Assembly: GCA_902783755.1 (NCBI GenBank)
Contig: CACZSC010000149.1
Span: 1-45,942, forward strand
Origin: an uncultured Ruminococcus sp.
GTDB taxonomy: Bacteria > Bacillota > Clostridia > Oscillospirales > CAG-272
Length of the DNA: 45,942 bases
Reading direction: 5' to 3'
Positions 9,289 to 18,972 of the stretch are shown in pieces. The translations under genes and the position numbers were made by a program. The notes below the pieces were generated by a model that saw only the letters and a program-made list of their open reading frames with translations, was not told the origin of the DNA and did no database searches. Every line of letters begins with the position of its first letter. Position 1 is the first letter of the stretch.

Positions 9289-9957
9289 ATGCTGTTCAGA
9301 GATTATATATGGGATTTCGACGGAACGCTGGTTGACACATATCCGCACGAGTTCGCGATCCTGTGGGATGTAATGAAAAGACATCATATCGATTCGCTCA
9401 ACGACCCCGAACTCGTATACCGGCAGATGCGCGTCGCATTCCTCTTCATCCACAGGATGCCGGGCATGACCGAAGAGATTTTTGAAGAGTTCAGCGAGAT
9501 ACGAAAAAGTCCGGCAGGGCGGGCGCATGATCCGCAGATAGTCTCCTTCCCGGATTCCGCGACTGTCCTCGGCGCCATCATAGAGAAAGGCGGCAGAAAT
9601 TTCCTCTGTACCCACCGGGACGGGGATACTCTTTCCTGGTTCCTCGGCAAAAACGGCCTCGACAGGTATTTCACCGACATACTTGACGCTGACGAGGATT
9701 TTCCGATGAAACCAAACCCGGAAGGACTCACTGCTCTCTGCCTTCGCAACTCCATCGACCCTTCAGAAGCGATAATGATAGGCGACAGGATAATAGACGG
9801 GCTGACCGGACTGAACGCCGGCATGTCTGCGGCTCTCGTCAACTATCCGGCATTCCTCCCTGACGGACGTTCTCCCGCGGAAGACGCGGCCGCCGGAGGC
9901 GTGAAATATATCGCAAACAGTCTTACCGAACTGGCGCGGCTGTTAGAAATTTTGTGA
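9289..9957 (+). CDS. HAD-superfamily hydrolase (phosphatase)
   Basis: This 222-aa ORF has HAD motif I IWDFDGTLVDT and motif IV MIGDRIIDGLTG. Confidence 0.8.
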   Translation: MLFRDYIWDFDGTLVDTYPHEFAILWDVMKRHHIDSLNDPELVYRQMRVAFLFIHRMPGMTEEIFEEFSEIRKSPAGRAHDPQIVSFPDSATVLGAIIEKGGRNFLCTHRDGDTLSWFLGKNGLDRYFTDILDADEDFPMKPNPEGLTALCLRNSIDPSEAIMIGDRIIDGLTGLNAGMSAALVNYPAFLPDGRSPAEDAAAGGVKYIANSLTELARLLEIL

Positions 9958-10027
9958 TTTTGGGCTATATTGACAACCCGACGCGGCTATACGAGATTTA
10001 ATTGTGCAGTTTCACCGTTTTTCGTCC

Positions 10028-10056
10028 TTGCAAACAGCGCATGAAAATGTTATACT
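10028..10056 (+). promoter_or_regulatory. Sigma-A promoter of the rimP-nusA-infB operon
   Basis: TTGCAA (10028-10033), a 17-nt spacer, then TATACT (10051-10056) with TG at 10048-10049 (extended -10). Confidence 0.6.
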
Positions 10057-10078
10057 TGCTACAGTTAAGATATCATCC

Positions 10079-10115
10079 GGAGAGTGGACATTTGCTGGTC
10101 CACTCTCTTGTTTTG
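10079..10115 (+). promoter_or_regulatory. Leader hairpin plus interrupted U-tract (terminator-like attenuator) just upstream of the rimP RBS
   Basis: GAGAGTGGAC (10080-10089) is a perfect inverted repeat of GTCCACTCTC (10098-10107), with an 8-nt loop. TTGTTTTG (10108-10115) follows. The rimP RBS GAGAGG is at 10115-10120. Confidence 0.55.
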
Positions 10116-10126
10116 AGAGGTGTTTC

Positions 10127-10597
10127 ATGAAACAGCACAAATCCGTTGCCGACACCGTATGGGATCTCGCAGAACCCGTGGCGGAATCCCTGGGTTATTC
10201 CCTCTGGGATGTCGAATACGTGAAGGAAGGATCAGACATGATACTCCGTATCACTATCGACACCGACCGGAAGGAGGGCATCACGATTAACGACTGCGAA
10301 GCCATGCACCGGGCCATGGATCCGGTCCTGGACGAAGCGGATCCGATAGAGGGCGCATATATGCTGGCCGTCTCCTCTCCGGGAGTCGAGCGGGTACTCA
10401 CCCGTCCGGATCATTTCTCCAGAATGAGCGGCAGTAACGTAGTGCTGAAGTTCTACTCGGCAGTGGACGGATCAAAAACCCTCCGTGCCAGGCTGATTGG
10501 TCTTGATGACGGCTCGGTCGTCGTCAGTGACGGTGAAACAGAACGCAGGTTTCCTCTCAAGTCTGTCGCCAAATGCGAGACCGTTTTCGACTGGTGA
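10127..10597 (+). CDS. rimP: Ribosome maturation factor RimP
   Basis: The ORF spans 10004-10597. I trimmed the start to the ATG at 10127, which lies downstream of the promoter and RBS. The protein reads MKQHKSVADTVWDLAEPVAESLGYSLWDVEY..ILRITID..LAVSSPGVERVL and sits in the conserved position before nusA. Confidence 0.9.
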   Translation: MKQHKSVADTVWDLAEPVAESLGYSLWDVEYVKEGSDMILRITIDTDRKEGITINDCEAMHRAMDPVLDEADPIEGAYMLAVSSPGVERVLTRPDHFSRMSGSNVVLKFYSAVDGSKTLRARLIGLDDGSVVVSDGETERRFPLKSVAKCETVFDW

Positions 10598-10651
10598 TCG
10601 ATTCTTCAGATATCATATATTTTCGAAAGTACACTGAAAGGGATAAATATC

Positions 10652-11686
10652 ATGAACGCACAGCTTTTTGAAGCACTGCAGCTGCTCGAAAAAACAAAAG
10701 GGATCCCCGTTGACTACATGATCGGAAAGATAGAGGCCGCTCTGGTCTCAGCATATAAAAAGCAGTTCGGGAACACCAACGTCAGGATCGACATCAATAA
10801 AACAAAAAAGGACATGAAAGTATACAGGCGCCGTAATGTCGTTGAGGAAGTCACAGATCCCGATACCGAGATCTCTCTTGAAGACGCGCGCAAACTCAGC
10901 AAACGCTACGATATAGGTTCTGTCGTCGAAAACGAGATCAAGCTCAAGGACTTCGGAAGGATCTCTGCCCAGACCGCAAAACAGGTCATAATCCAGGGTA
11001 TACGCGAAGCCGAAAAGGACAACCTGATCCGCGAATATGAAAAGAAGCGCGAGGAAGTCATCTCCGCGCTGGTGAGCCGCCGCGATGACAACACGGGAGA
11101 CGTGTGGGTCGACACCGGCACATCCGAAGTCATCCTCCCCAGGTCCGAACAGATCCCGGGAGAAGAGCTTTATGTAGGAGACAGGGTCCGCGTTTTCGTC
11201 ACAGAAGTAACGAAAAGCACCGACAACACCCCGGTCATAACGATCTCAAGGGTTGCCCCCGCCATGATCAAGCGCATGTTTGAACAGGACATCCCCGAAA
11301 TAGCGGACGGCCTCGTGATAGTAAAGAACGTATCAAGGGAACCCGGCTCCAGAACGAAGATCTCCGTCTACTCGAGAGATGAAGACGTGGACGCGGTCGG
11401 CGCGTGCATCGGCAACAGGGGAACCAGGATCAGCGCCATCGTGGATGAGCTCCGCGGAGAAAAGATCGACATAATCCAGTACTCAGAGCATCCCGAAGAA
11501 TACATTGCCGCCGCCCTCTCCCCCGCATCCGTGCTGAATGTGGAATTTGACGGAGAAAGGTCATCCACCGTTATGGTAGCAAGCGACCAGCTTTCTCTCG
11601 CCATCGGGAAAGAAGGCCAGAACGTCAGGCTCGCGGCAAAACTCACCGGTTTCAAAATAGATATCAAAGGCACCAAGGAAGCTTAA
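10652..11686 (+). CDS. nusA: Transcription termination/antitermination factor NusA (short, Gram-positive form)
   Basis: This 344-aa ORF carries an S1 domain (GDRVRVFVTEV), KH domains (VGACIGNRGTRI; AIGKEGQNVRLAAKLTG) and the N-terminal block LEKTKGIP. Confidence 0.95.
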   Translation: MNAQLFEALQLLEKTKGIPVDYMIGKIEAALVSAYKKQFGNTNVRIDINKTKKDMKVYRRRNVVEEVTDPDTEISLEDARKLSKRYDIGSVVENEIKLKDFGRISAQTAKQVIIQGIREAEKDNLIREYEKKREEVISALVSRRDDNTGDVWVDTGTSEVILPRSEQIPGEELYVGDRVRVFVTEVTKSTDNTPVITISRVAPAMIKRMFEQDIPEIADGLVIVKNVSREPGSRTKISVYSRDEDVDAVGACIGNRGTRISAIVDELRGEKIDIIQYSEHPEEYIAAALSPASVLNVEFDGERSSTVMVASDQLSLAIGKEGQNVRLAAKLTGFKIDIKGTKEA

Positions 11687-11720
11687 CCGACGCATCAAAT
11701 CATAAAACGAGAGGGTTTGC

Positions 11721-12038
11721 ATGGCAAACAAACAGAAGAAAACTCAGGAAAAAACAAAGAAGATCCCCGAAAGACGATGCGTAGGCTGTCAGGGAACTTT
11801 CCCAAAAAAGGATCTTCTCCGCGTCCTGCGTTCGCCGGAAGGTGAGTTGTCCATAGATTTCACCGGAAAGAAAAACGGACGCGGCGCTTACCTGTGCAAG
11901 AAACTCGACTGTTTCAGGAAAGCGCGCAAGTCCGGCGCGATAAAAAGGTCGCTGGACTGCGAGATCTCGGAAGAACTGTATGACGATCTTGAGCATGAGA
12001 TCAAATACTGCGAGACTCTCGAGTCAGAACAAATCTGA
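11721..12038 (+). CDS. rnpM: YlxR/RnpM family (DUF448) RNA-binding protein
   Basis: This 105-aa ORF has the motif RRCVGCQGTFPKKDLLRV..GRGAYLC and the conserved position between nusA and infB. Confidence 0.85.
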   Translation: MANKQKKTQEKTKKIPERRCVGCQGTFPKKDLLRVLRSPEGELSIDFTGKKNGRGAYLCKKLDCFRKARKSGAIKRSLDCEISEELYDDLEHEIKYCETLESEQI

Positions 12039-12053
12039 AAGTGTGCGGTTTTC

Positions 12054-12383
12054 ATGGACACTGAAGGAAAAACCAGACTTGAACGGAACATCGGTCTCTG
12101 CATGGCAGCAGGCGGCGTGACTGTCGGATTTGACCTGATTCTGAAGGAAGTCAGATCCAAAAACGCAAAGTTCGTCCTGCTCGCCAGTGATGCCTCTCAA
12201 AGGACGAAAAAACAGATCACAGATAAATGCAGTTTCTACGGGATCAGATGTTTCCTGCCCGACCTTGCTTCTGGAGATGTTTCAAAGGCAGTCGGCAAAC
12301 ACTGCAGTTGCGTCGCAGCCGCCTTCACAGGCAAGGGGCCCTGGCAGACTGTAATGGACGCGCTCGAAAACCAAGAAAAATGA
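12054..12383 (+). CDS. ylxQ: L7Ae/L30e-family RNA-binding protein (YlxQ-like)
   Basis: This 109-aa ORF has the pattern LCMAAGGVTVG..AKFVLLASDAS..T and lies in conserved synteny before infB. Confidence 0.8.
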   Translation: MDTEGKTRLERNIGLCMAAGGVTVGFDLILKEVRSKNAKFVLLASDASQRTKKQITDKCSFYGIRCFLPDLASGDVSKAVGKHCSCVAAAFTGKGPWQTVMDALENQEK

Positions 12384-12421
12384 AGGTATTCTCTCGCTAC
12401 ACTAGAAAGGATGAATCATAG

Positions 12422-15124
12422 ATGGCAGTAAAAACGAACCCTATGTTCAAGATCAGCCAAATAGCAAAGGATCTGGGTCTCAAGGCCAAGGATGTGACTA
12501 CGAGACTGGATTCTGTCGGCATCCCCGGAAAAGGCTCTTCCGGAACTCTGGAAAATGAAGAGTTCAGTCTGTTCTTCACCGATCTGCTGGGGTCGGCGAT
12601 AATCAAGGACATAAACGGGTATATCAACGGCACAACGAAGATAATCATGCCCGAAACGCCCGCTCAGGCCGCTGAAAGGGAAAGAAAAGAAGCCGAAGCC
12701 AGAGCTCAGAAGGAAAAGGAAGAAAAAGCTAAAGCCGAAGCCGAAGCAAAGGCAAAAGCTGAAGCTGAAGCAAAAGCAAAAGCCGAAGCCGAAGCCAGGG
12801 CAAAGAAAGAAGCCGCTGCAAAGGCAGCAAAAGAAGCAGAAGCCAAGGCAAGAGCCGAGATCGCGGCAAGGATCAGAGCTGAAGCAGAGGAAAGGCTCAG
12901 AAATCCTTCCCTTAACAACCAGCAGCCTGCAAAGCCCCAGAACCAGAGCCAGCAAGGCGGCAACCGTCAGCCGTACGGCAGCCGTCCCCAGGGTCAGGGA
13001 TACCAGCAGAATCAGGGCCGTCCCGGTCAGAATCAGCAGAAATCATCCTTCAGCAAACAGCAGCAGAGAACGAATATAAGCGACAGGGCTCCCATCAAAC
13101 CTCAGCCAAAGCCGGTTATAGAACAGGGAGTCGAAAGGAAAAGGACCGGCGGCGTCAGAGTCATCGACACCCGCACATCTTCGGTCGACCTTTCCAAATA
13201 CGATGAAAAACTCGACACCTACAGCAACGAGATCGATGACAGCCGTTCCAACAAGCAGAAGCTCAAGAAAAAGAACGACAAGCCCGATGCCCGTCAGGGA
13301 GGGAAGAAACCCGACAAAGAACGTCTTGCAATGGATAAACTCCGCAAGGCGAACCTTGAAAAAGCAAAGAAAGCTCCCCTTAAAGTATCCATTCCGGACT
13401 CTATTACCGTCGGGGAACTCGCGCAGCGCCTGAAGATCACAGCGGCAGACTGTATGAAGAGACTTATGCTCATGGGCGTCATGGCGGGAGTAAACCAGGA
13501 AGTCGATTATGACACCGCTTATCTCGTGGCTGACGAACTTGGAGCCATCGTAACAAAAGAAGTCAAAGTCACGATCGAAGAGCAGCTCTTCAGCGAGGAA
13601 CCGGAAACCGAGGATAACCTCGAGATCCGCGCTCCCGTCGTATGCGTAATGGGGCACGTTGACCATGGTAAGACGTCCATTCTGGACGCGATCCGTCACA
13701 CGAACGTGACATCCGGCGAAGCAGGCGGAATCACACAGCACATCGGCGCGTACAGAGTTTCCGTCAACGGGCGCGAGGTAACGTTCCTTGACACCCCCGG
13801 ACATGAAGCTTTCACCGCGATGCGCGCAAGAGGCGCTATGGCAACAGACATAGCCATTCTGGTCGTGGCAGGCGATGACGGGATCATGCCTCAGACTGTT
13901 GAAGCGATCAACCACGCAAAGGCCGCCGGAGTCGAAATAATCGTTGCGATAAACAAAATGGACAAGCCTCATGCCAATGCGGAACAGGTCAAGACGGAAC
14001 TAACGAAATATGACCTTGTTCCCGAGGAATGGGGCGGAGATATCATGTGTGTCCCCGTATCCGCACTCACGGGCATGGGACTGAACGATCTGCTCGAGGA
14101 TATCCTCCTCATAGCTGACGTCAAAGAATACAAGGCTAACCCGCACAAGAGAGCCAAGGGCGTCGTAATAGAGGCCAGACTCGACAAGGGCCGCGGCCCC
14201 GTCGCAACAGTACTGGTCCAGGACGGAACCCTGAAAGCGGGAGACATAGTCATCGCAGGAACTTCCGTAGGCCGCGTACGTGCCATGACGGATGACAAAG
14301 GCAAGACTCTGAAGACAGCTGGTCCTTCCGTACCTGTGGAGATCACAGGTCTTTCCGAAGTCCCCACGGCAGGTGATGAGTTCAATGCGGTCGCAGACGA
14401 AAGAATGGCCCGTGAGCTCACTGAGCAGCGCCGGGCAAAAGCAAAGGAAGATCTGTTCAAACAGAACTCAAAAGTCAATCTGGACGATTTCTTCTCTGCT
14501 ATGGCTGCCGGCGTGAAAGAACTCAACATCATCGTCAAAGCCGATGTCGGAGGATCTGCCGAAGCCGTCAAATCCTCGCTTGAAAAGCTTTCCAACGATG
14601 AGGTTAAAGTCCGCGTGATACACTCTGCAGTAGGCGGGATCACCGAATCAGACGTAATGCTGGCTGCTTCATCTTCGGCAATAATCGTGGGCTTCAATGT
14701 CAGACCCGACAAGACCGCTCTCGACTCGGCGGAAAGACAGGGCGTCGACATCAGGACTTACCGCATAATCTACGAATGCATCGAAGAAGTAAAGGCTGCC
14801 ATGAAAGGTCTGCTTGCTCCTACATACAAGGAAAACCTTCTCGGTCATGCGGAAGTCCGTCAGGCTATCAAAGTGCCTGGCGTCGGTGTCATCGCCGGAT
14901 CATACATACAGGACGGCAAAGTCACCAGGCAGTCACTTATCCGCATAGTGCGTGACGGCATCGTCATCATGGAGGACAAGATCTCCTCGCTAAGAAGATT
15001 CAAGGACGATGTGCGCGAGGTTGCAACCGGCTATGAGTGCGGTATCGGACTCGAAAAATGCACCGACATCCAGGTCGGAGACATACTCGAAGCGTATATC
15101 ATGGAAGAAGTTGCAAGAGCGTAA
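12422..15124 (+). CDS. infB: Translation initiation factor IF-2
   Basis: This 900-aa ORF has a G domain with [24 protein letters not shown] and NKMD, plus conserved C-terminal domains. The N-terminal region is low-complexity and rich in A, E, K and Q. Confidence 0.95.
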   Translation: MAVKTNPMFKISQIAKDLGLKAKDVTTRLDSVGIPGKGSSGTLENEEFSLFFTDLLGSAIIKDINGYINGTTKIIMPETPAQAAERERKEAEARAQKEKEEKAKAEAEAKAKAEAEAKAKAEAEARAKKEAAAKAAKEAEAKARAEIAARIRAEAEERLRNPSLNNQQPAKPQNQSQQGGNRQPYGSRPQGQGYQQNQGRPGQNQQKSSFSKQQQRTNISDRAPIKPQPKPVIEQGVERKRTGGVRVIDTRTSSVDLSKYDEKLDTYSNEIDDSRSNKQKLKKKNDKPDARQGGKKPDKERLAMDKLRKANLEKAKKAPLKVSIPDSITVGELAQRLKITAADCMKRLMLMGVMAGVNQEVDYDTAYLVADELGAIVTKEVKVTIEEQLFSEEPETEDNLEIRAPVVCVMGHVDHGKTSILDAIRHTNVTSGEAGGITQHIGAYRVSVNGREVTFLDTPGHEAFTAMRARGAMATDIAILVVAGDDGIMPQTVEAINHAKAAGVEIIVAINKMDKPHANAEQVKTELTKYDLVPEEWGGDIMCVPVSALTGMGLNDLLEDILLIADVKEYKANPHKRAKGVVIEARLDKGRGPVATVLVQDGTLKAGDIVIAGTSVGRVRAMTDDKGKTLKTAGPSVPVEITGLSEVPTAGDEFNAVADERMARELTEQRRAKAKEDLFKQNSKVNLDDFFSAMAAGVKELNIIVKADVGGSAEAVKSSLEKLSNDEVKVRVIHSAVGGITESDVMLAASSSAIIVGFNVRPDKTALDSAERQGVDIRTYRIIYECIEEVKAAMKGLLAPTYKENLLGHAEVRQAIKVPGVGVIAGSYIQDGKVTRQSLIRIVRDGIVIMEDKISSLRRFKDDVREVATGYECGIGLEKCTDIQVGDILEAYIMEEVARA
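12734..12805 (+). repeat. Three copies of a 24-nt in-frame tandem repeat inside infB, encoding (AEAEAKAK)-type units
   Basis: The units are gccgaagccgaagcaaaggcaaaa (12734-12757), gctgaagctgaagcaaaagcaaaa (12758-12781) and gccgaagccgaagccagggcaaag (12782-12805). Confidence 0.8.
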
Positions 15125-15144
15125 CACAAACAGAAACAATACAG

Positions 15145-15190
15145 AGACCCCCCGGTTTCCGTGAAGGATTCCGGGGGTCTTCTTCCTATT
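15145..15190. terminator. Bidirectional intrinsic terminator between infB and the convergent M24 peptidase gene
   Basis: AGACCCCCCGG (15145-15155) pairs with CCGGGGGTCT (15171-15180). Pyrimidine/T-rich tracts lie on both sides. The element sits between the two convergent stop codons. Confidence 0.6.
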
Positions 15191-15216
15191 TATATACTTT
15201 AGATACAGTTTCAGAG

Positions 15217-16386
15217 CTAGAACTGGAGTTCGACTATCTCGCCGATCTGCGGGCTAAGGCGTTCGCACCCGGTCTCCGTGACGGCTATCGGCTTTTCCCA
15301 GCGCAGTCCGAAATCACTGCCCATGGCGAACGTGTCTATCTGGAACGTCATGTTTTTCTGCAGCACGTAGTCTGAATTTGTCTCCATCCACGGCGCTTCG
15401 ACCTCGATAAGCCCGAGACCGTGGCACGGTCCGTAAAGGTACGCTTTCCCGTATCCCCTGTCCTCGAACATCTTCTTGAAGTCCTTCGCGATGTCCATGG
15501 CGACTCTGCCGGCGCGAACCTGACCTTCTGTCCACATATGAGCTTCAAGACAGAACTCCACCAGATCCCTCTTCTCTCCGGTCAGTTTTCCCACGGATAT
15601 CGGCATCCCTATGCTGGGGGAGTATCCGCAGACCTTTGCCGAAAGATTAAGCTGGACGATATCGCCCATCTGGATCTCCCTGTAAGAGGATCTCGATATC
15701 GCGTGTTTCGTGCTCTTCTGGCTGAAACAGTACATCGGCAGCCCTTCGTATTCTGCGCCGTGCTCGTAAATAGTCTTCTGGGCTATGCCCACCAGCTGAA
15801 GCTCGGTCATCCCGGGCCTTATCGCTCTGATCACTTCCTGCGTGGCAACGTGGGTGATATGAGCAGCTTCTCTTAGGCAAGCTATCTCGTTGTCCGATTT
15901 GACGGAACGAAGGTCTACCATTATCTGATCCGCCCTGACGATCTCCGCCTCCGGAAACGCATTCCTTATTCCTTCCATCACAACCACGTTCGTGTCGAGC
16001 CATGCGGCGACCCCTATGCGGAGCTTACTTCCGGTCACGCCTATAGCCCTGAACACTTCGTTGAACGTGTTGAACCGGATCTCAGGGTATGCCGGATTCG
16101 CACTTTCCCGGTATTCGTGAAGAATAAAGATCTTTTCAATAACTCCGAAATCGGCTGCAAAAATCTGGCTTTCAGGCCCGACCATCAGCGCGCACTCTCC
16201 GTTCGCCGCGATTGCGACTCCGCAGCGCTCAAATAGTGGCCAGAAATTCGAAAAATATCTGGTGTTCGCGTAATCCGCTTCACTGCCGTTGACGATCAGC
16301 GCGTCCAGCCCCCATTCTCTGACTTTTGCCGCTGCATTCGCCACTCTCATGGCATATTCCTCGCGCGGAATCTGTATTCTTGCCAT
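15217..16386 (-). CDS. M24-family metallopeptidase (Xaa-Pro dipeptidase/aminopeptidase P-like)
   Basis: This 389-aa ORF has a creatinase-like N-terminal domain (LDALIVNGSEADYANTRYFS) and a pita-bread C-terminal domain with GDIVQLNL, YGPCHGLGLIEVEAP and TFQIDT. Confidence 0.8.
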   Translation of the reverse strand: MARIQIPREEYAMRVANAAAKVREWGLDALIVNGSEADYANTRYFSNFWPLFERCGVAIAANGECALMVGPESQIFAADFGVIEKIFILHEYRESANPAYPEIRFNTFNEVFRAIGVTGSKLRIGVAAWLDTNVVVMEGIRNAFPEAEIVRADQIMVDLRSVKSDNEIACLREAAHITHVATQEVIRAIRPGMTELQLVGIAQKTIYEHGAEYEGLPMYCFSQKSTKHAISRSSYREIQMGDIVQLNLSAKVCGYSPSIGMPISVGKLTGEKRDLVEFCLEAHMWTEGQVRAGRVAMDIAKDFKKMFEDRGYGKAYLYGPCHGLGLIEVEAPWMETNSDYVLQKNMTFQIDTFAMGSDFGLRWEKPIAVTETGCERLSPQIGEIVELQF

Positions 16387-16583
16387 AGCTTTCTTCCTTC
16401 CCCTGCACAGACAGGATATATATTTTCACAGCTTCTCTTCTGCTGCCCGTATTATATCACATGTGCTTCGGTTTGTTCCATACATGTTCCAGAAATCCCC
16501 GTTCTGTGTTGTAACAATTTTACAAATGAACGGTTTCATGCACCCGCCTGTTAGTGCTTGCATACGAAAATCCCGCCGTTGTA

Positions 16584-16612
16584 TTGACAGCAAAACCTCC
16601 TGATGATATAAT
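16584..16612 (+). promoter_or_regulatory. Consensus sigma-A promoter preceding the Trp T-box leader
   Basis: TTGACA (16584-16589), a 17-nt spacer, then TATAAT (16607-16612) with TG at 16604-16605. Confidence 0.7.
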
Positions 16613-16619
16613 CCGTCCA

Positions 16620-16885
16620 AACCAGTGAGGAAGAGTAAGTAGCCTCCGGAATATCACCAAAGCGAGCTGTCGGCGGTGTGAGGACAGTGTGATCTACGGA
16701 TGTGAATGGGCTTCTGAGGGCGATCAGAAAGGCTTTGCCGAGTATGTGAGACGGGAGTGGTTTCCCGTAATCAAAGACCGGCGTATGTTAGTACGCACAG
16801 AGCGGACGTTTCAGACGTCAAGCCGGGTGGCACCGCAGGATTCACTTCCTGTCCCAGCATTTAGCGGGGACAGGATTTTTGTTTT
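16620..16885 (+). promoter_or_regulatory. T-box riboswitch leader, predicted specifier UGG (Trp), ending in an intrinsic terminator
   Basis: The Stem I base is AGUGAGGAAGAGUA. The distal stem is CUGUC/GACAG with loop GGCGGUGUGAG. The 3' side of the specifier loop, GAA-UGG-G-CUUCUGAG, aligns with B. subtilis glyQS GAA-GGC-A-CUUCGAG (UGG at 16707-16709). The T-box motif GCCGGGUGGCACCGCAGG is at 16822-16839. The terminator pairs TCCTGTCCC (16847-16855) with GGGACAGGA (16867-16875) and is followed by TTTTTGTTTT. Confidence 0.85.
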
Positions 16886-16935
16886 GTCCCCGAATCCGCC
16901 AAACCCAAAATCATATTTTATGAGAGGTAAACAAA

Positions 16936-17973
16936 ATGAAAAGGATCATCGCACTCGTACTTGTCGCTGTAATGGCACTCTTTGTTGCAGCCTGCAACAC
17001 ATCTTCCCCGTCCGAAGGAACAAAAACCTACTCTGTAGGTATCTGTAACTTCGTCGACGATGCATCTCTTAACCAGATCATTGAGAACATTGAAACAAGA
17101 CTTAAGGAAATCGAAACCGAGAAAGGCGTGAAGGTCGATGTCAAGGTCGACAACTGCAACATGGACGCAGCTGTACTCAACCAGATAATCACAGACTTCT
17201 CTGTCAGCGGCGTTGACCTTATGGTCGGTGTCGCGACTCCGGTAGCGATGGCAATGCAGTCAGCCACCGAAGACAGCAGGATCCCCGTGGTGTTCGCCGC
17301 TGTATCGGACCCTCTTTCGGCAGGACTGGTGGACAGCCTTGAAAAGCCCGGACACAACCTGACAGGGACTTCTGACTTCCTTGACACCAACGCAGTCATG
17401 AACCTCATCCTTGCACTGAATCCGGAGATCAAATCAATCGGCCTTCTTTACAACGTGGGCGAGGACAGTTCCGCCACACCGATTGCCGCCGCAAAGGCCT
17501 TCCTTGATGCCAAAGGGATCAAGTACTACGAAAGGACCGGAACGACAGTTGACGAGATCATGCTGGCGGCCCAGGCTCTCGTGGCCGACGGGGTCGAGGC
17601 AGTGTTCACTCCCACAGACAACACCGTCATGAAATCAGAGCTTGCGATTTATGAAACGTTTGCAAACGCAAAGATACCTCACTATACCGGCGCGGACAGC
17701 TTCGCTCTGAACGGAGCGTTCCTCGGGTACGGCGTCGACTATGCGAACCTCGGTGTCGAGACAGCGAACATGATAGCTGAAATCCTGATCGACGGGAAAT
17801 CCCCCGATTCACTCGCAGTCAAGACATTTGACAACGGAACCGCCACAGTCAACACCGAGATCTGCGAAGCTCTTGGCCTGAAATTCGATGATGTGGCCTC
17901 AATATTTGCTCCTTTCTGCACGAAAGTCCAGCCTATAACCACTGCTGAGAATTTCGGAGACCTGAACCAGTAA
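16936..17973 (+). CDS. ABC transporter substrate-binding lipoprotein (ABC_sub_bind/COG2984 type; TrpX-like candidate tryptophan binder)
   Basis: This 345-aa ORF has a signal peptide with lipobox VAAC and the pattern ICNFVDDASLN..VGVATP..FAAVSDP. It is the first gene downstream of the Trp T-box. Confidence 0.8.
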   Translation: MKRIIALVLVAVMALFVAACNTSSPSEGTKTYSVGICNFVDDASLNQIIENIETRLKEIETEKGVKVDVKVDNCNMDAAVLNQIITDFSVSGVDLMVGVATPVAMAMQSATEDSRIPVVFAAVSDPLSAGLVDSLEKPGHNLTGTSDFLDTNAVMNLILALNPEIKSIGLLYNVGEDSSATPIAAAKAFLDAKGIKYYERTGTTVDEIMLAAQALVADGVEAVFTPTDNTVMKSELAIYETFANAKIPHYTGADSFALNGAFLGYGVDYANLGVETANMIAEILIDGKSPDSLAVKTFDNGTATVNTEICEALGLKFDDVASIFAPFCTKVQPITTAENFGDLNQ

Positions 17974-18000
17974 TCACAAATTTTCCGGGGAGGATCAGAA

Positions 18001-18972
18001 ATGCCTCTTTCACCTATCCTAGGTATTGTCCAGACAGCTGCGGAACTGGGGCTCATAAGCTCCATAACGGTCCTTGCGCTGTTTCTGAGTTATTCCATGC
18101 TTAATATATGTGACCTTTCCACTGACGGCTGCTTCGCATTGGGCGCAGCCGTCGGTGCCGTGGTCGCCATAGCTTCAGGAAATCCGTTCCTGTCCATACT
18201 TGCCGCGATGGCTGCCGGGATCCTGTCCGGATTCGTCACAGCCTTCCTCCAGACCAGAATGGGCATAAACAGTCTGCTTTCAGGCATTATCGTGAATACA
18301 GGCTTGTATTCTATAATAATGCTGATCATGGGCGGGCGCCCAACGCTGAACTTGAACAGCACCGACACCTATTTCACGTTGTTCAAAAAGCTCCTGGAAA
18401 ACACACCTTTCGCTGGCCTGTATAAAACTCTCGGCGCCCTTGTCGCCGTTGCCCTTGTGATCGTTTTCCTGTCTCTGTTCCTCAGAACAAAACTGGGACT
18501 CGCGATCCGCGCCACCGGAAACAATCCCGCCATGGTCAGATCCAGTTCCATCAACCCCGCTTTCACCACCACGGTCGGACTGTGCATATCAGGATCGCTG
18601 ACTGCTCTTTCCGGATGTCTACTGGCACAGAGCCAGAAATCCGTGAGTGCGGACATAGGATCCGGACGAGTGACCATCGCCCTGGCCTCTCTTCTTATCG
18701 GAGGGATCTTCATAAGTGCCAGAAGAAAGATCCCGTTCCGTGCCGTCGGAGCCGTTCTGGGAGCCATCATTTTCCAGCTGGTATACGCCATTGCGCTTAG
18801 ATTCAACATGCCGGCATACATGCTTAAACTGGTATCCGCGGTCATCGTAATCATTGCGATTGCAACACCATACCTCAACTCAAAGAGGCCTGACCTCATG
18901 AGACGGTTCAGGGCCCGCAGGACAGCGTCCAAAGAAGATGTGTCAGGCAGCGGAGGTGAAGAAAATGCTTAG
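18001..18972 (+). CDS. ABC transporter permease (COG4120 type; TrpY-like)
   Basis: This 323-aa protein is polytopic and hydrophobic. It lies between the binding-protein and ATPase genes. Confidence 0.8.
   Translation: MPLSPILGIVQTAAELGLISSITVLALFLSYSMLNICDLSTDGCFALGAAVGAVVAIASGNPFLSILAAMAAGILSGFVTAFLQTRMGINSLLSGIIVNTGLYSIIMLIMGGRPTLNLNSTDTYFTLFKKLLENTPFAGLYKTLGALVAVALVIVFLSLFLRTKLGLAIRATGNNPAMVRSSSINPAFTTTVGLCISGSLTALSGCLLAQSQKSVSADIGSGRVTIALASLLIGGIFISARRKIPFRAVGAVLGAIIFQLVYAIALRFNMPAYMLKLVSAVIVIIAIATPYLNSKRPDLMRRFRARRTASKEDVSGSGGEENA

Noticed and set aside
9970-9998. A second TTGACA box (9970-9975) upstream of rimP, considered as a possible promoter.
   Set aside because: The only -10-like hexamer at 17-nt spacing is GAGATT (3/6 match). 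TATACG sits at a 12-nt spacing and TTTAAT at 21 nt. The promoter at 10028-10056 is much better.
12416-12963. Repeat-rich ORFs antisense to the infB 5' region (a 179-aa Cys/Phe/Leu-rich ORF and an 85-aa Ala/Ser/Phe-rich ORF). I also considered whether this periodic DNA could be a CRISPR-like array.
   Set aside because: The periodicity is an in-frame 24-nt coding repeat of IF-2 (AEAEAKAK). There are no spacer/repeat alternation and no cas genes. The antisense ORFs are by-products of the repeat.
16689-17048. A 119-aa ORF overlapping the T-box leader and the start of the binding-protein gene.
   Set aside because: The region folds into a canonical T-box leader with a terminator, and the ORF has no RBS and crosses the terminator. 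It is non-coding.
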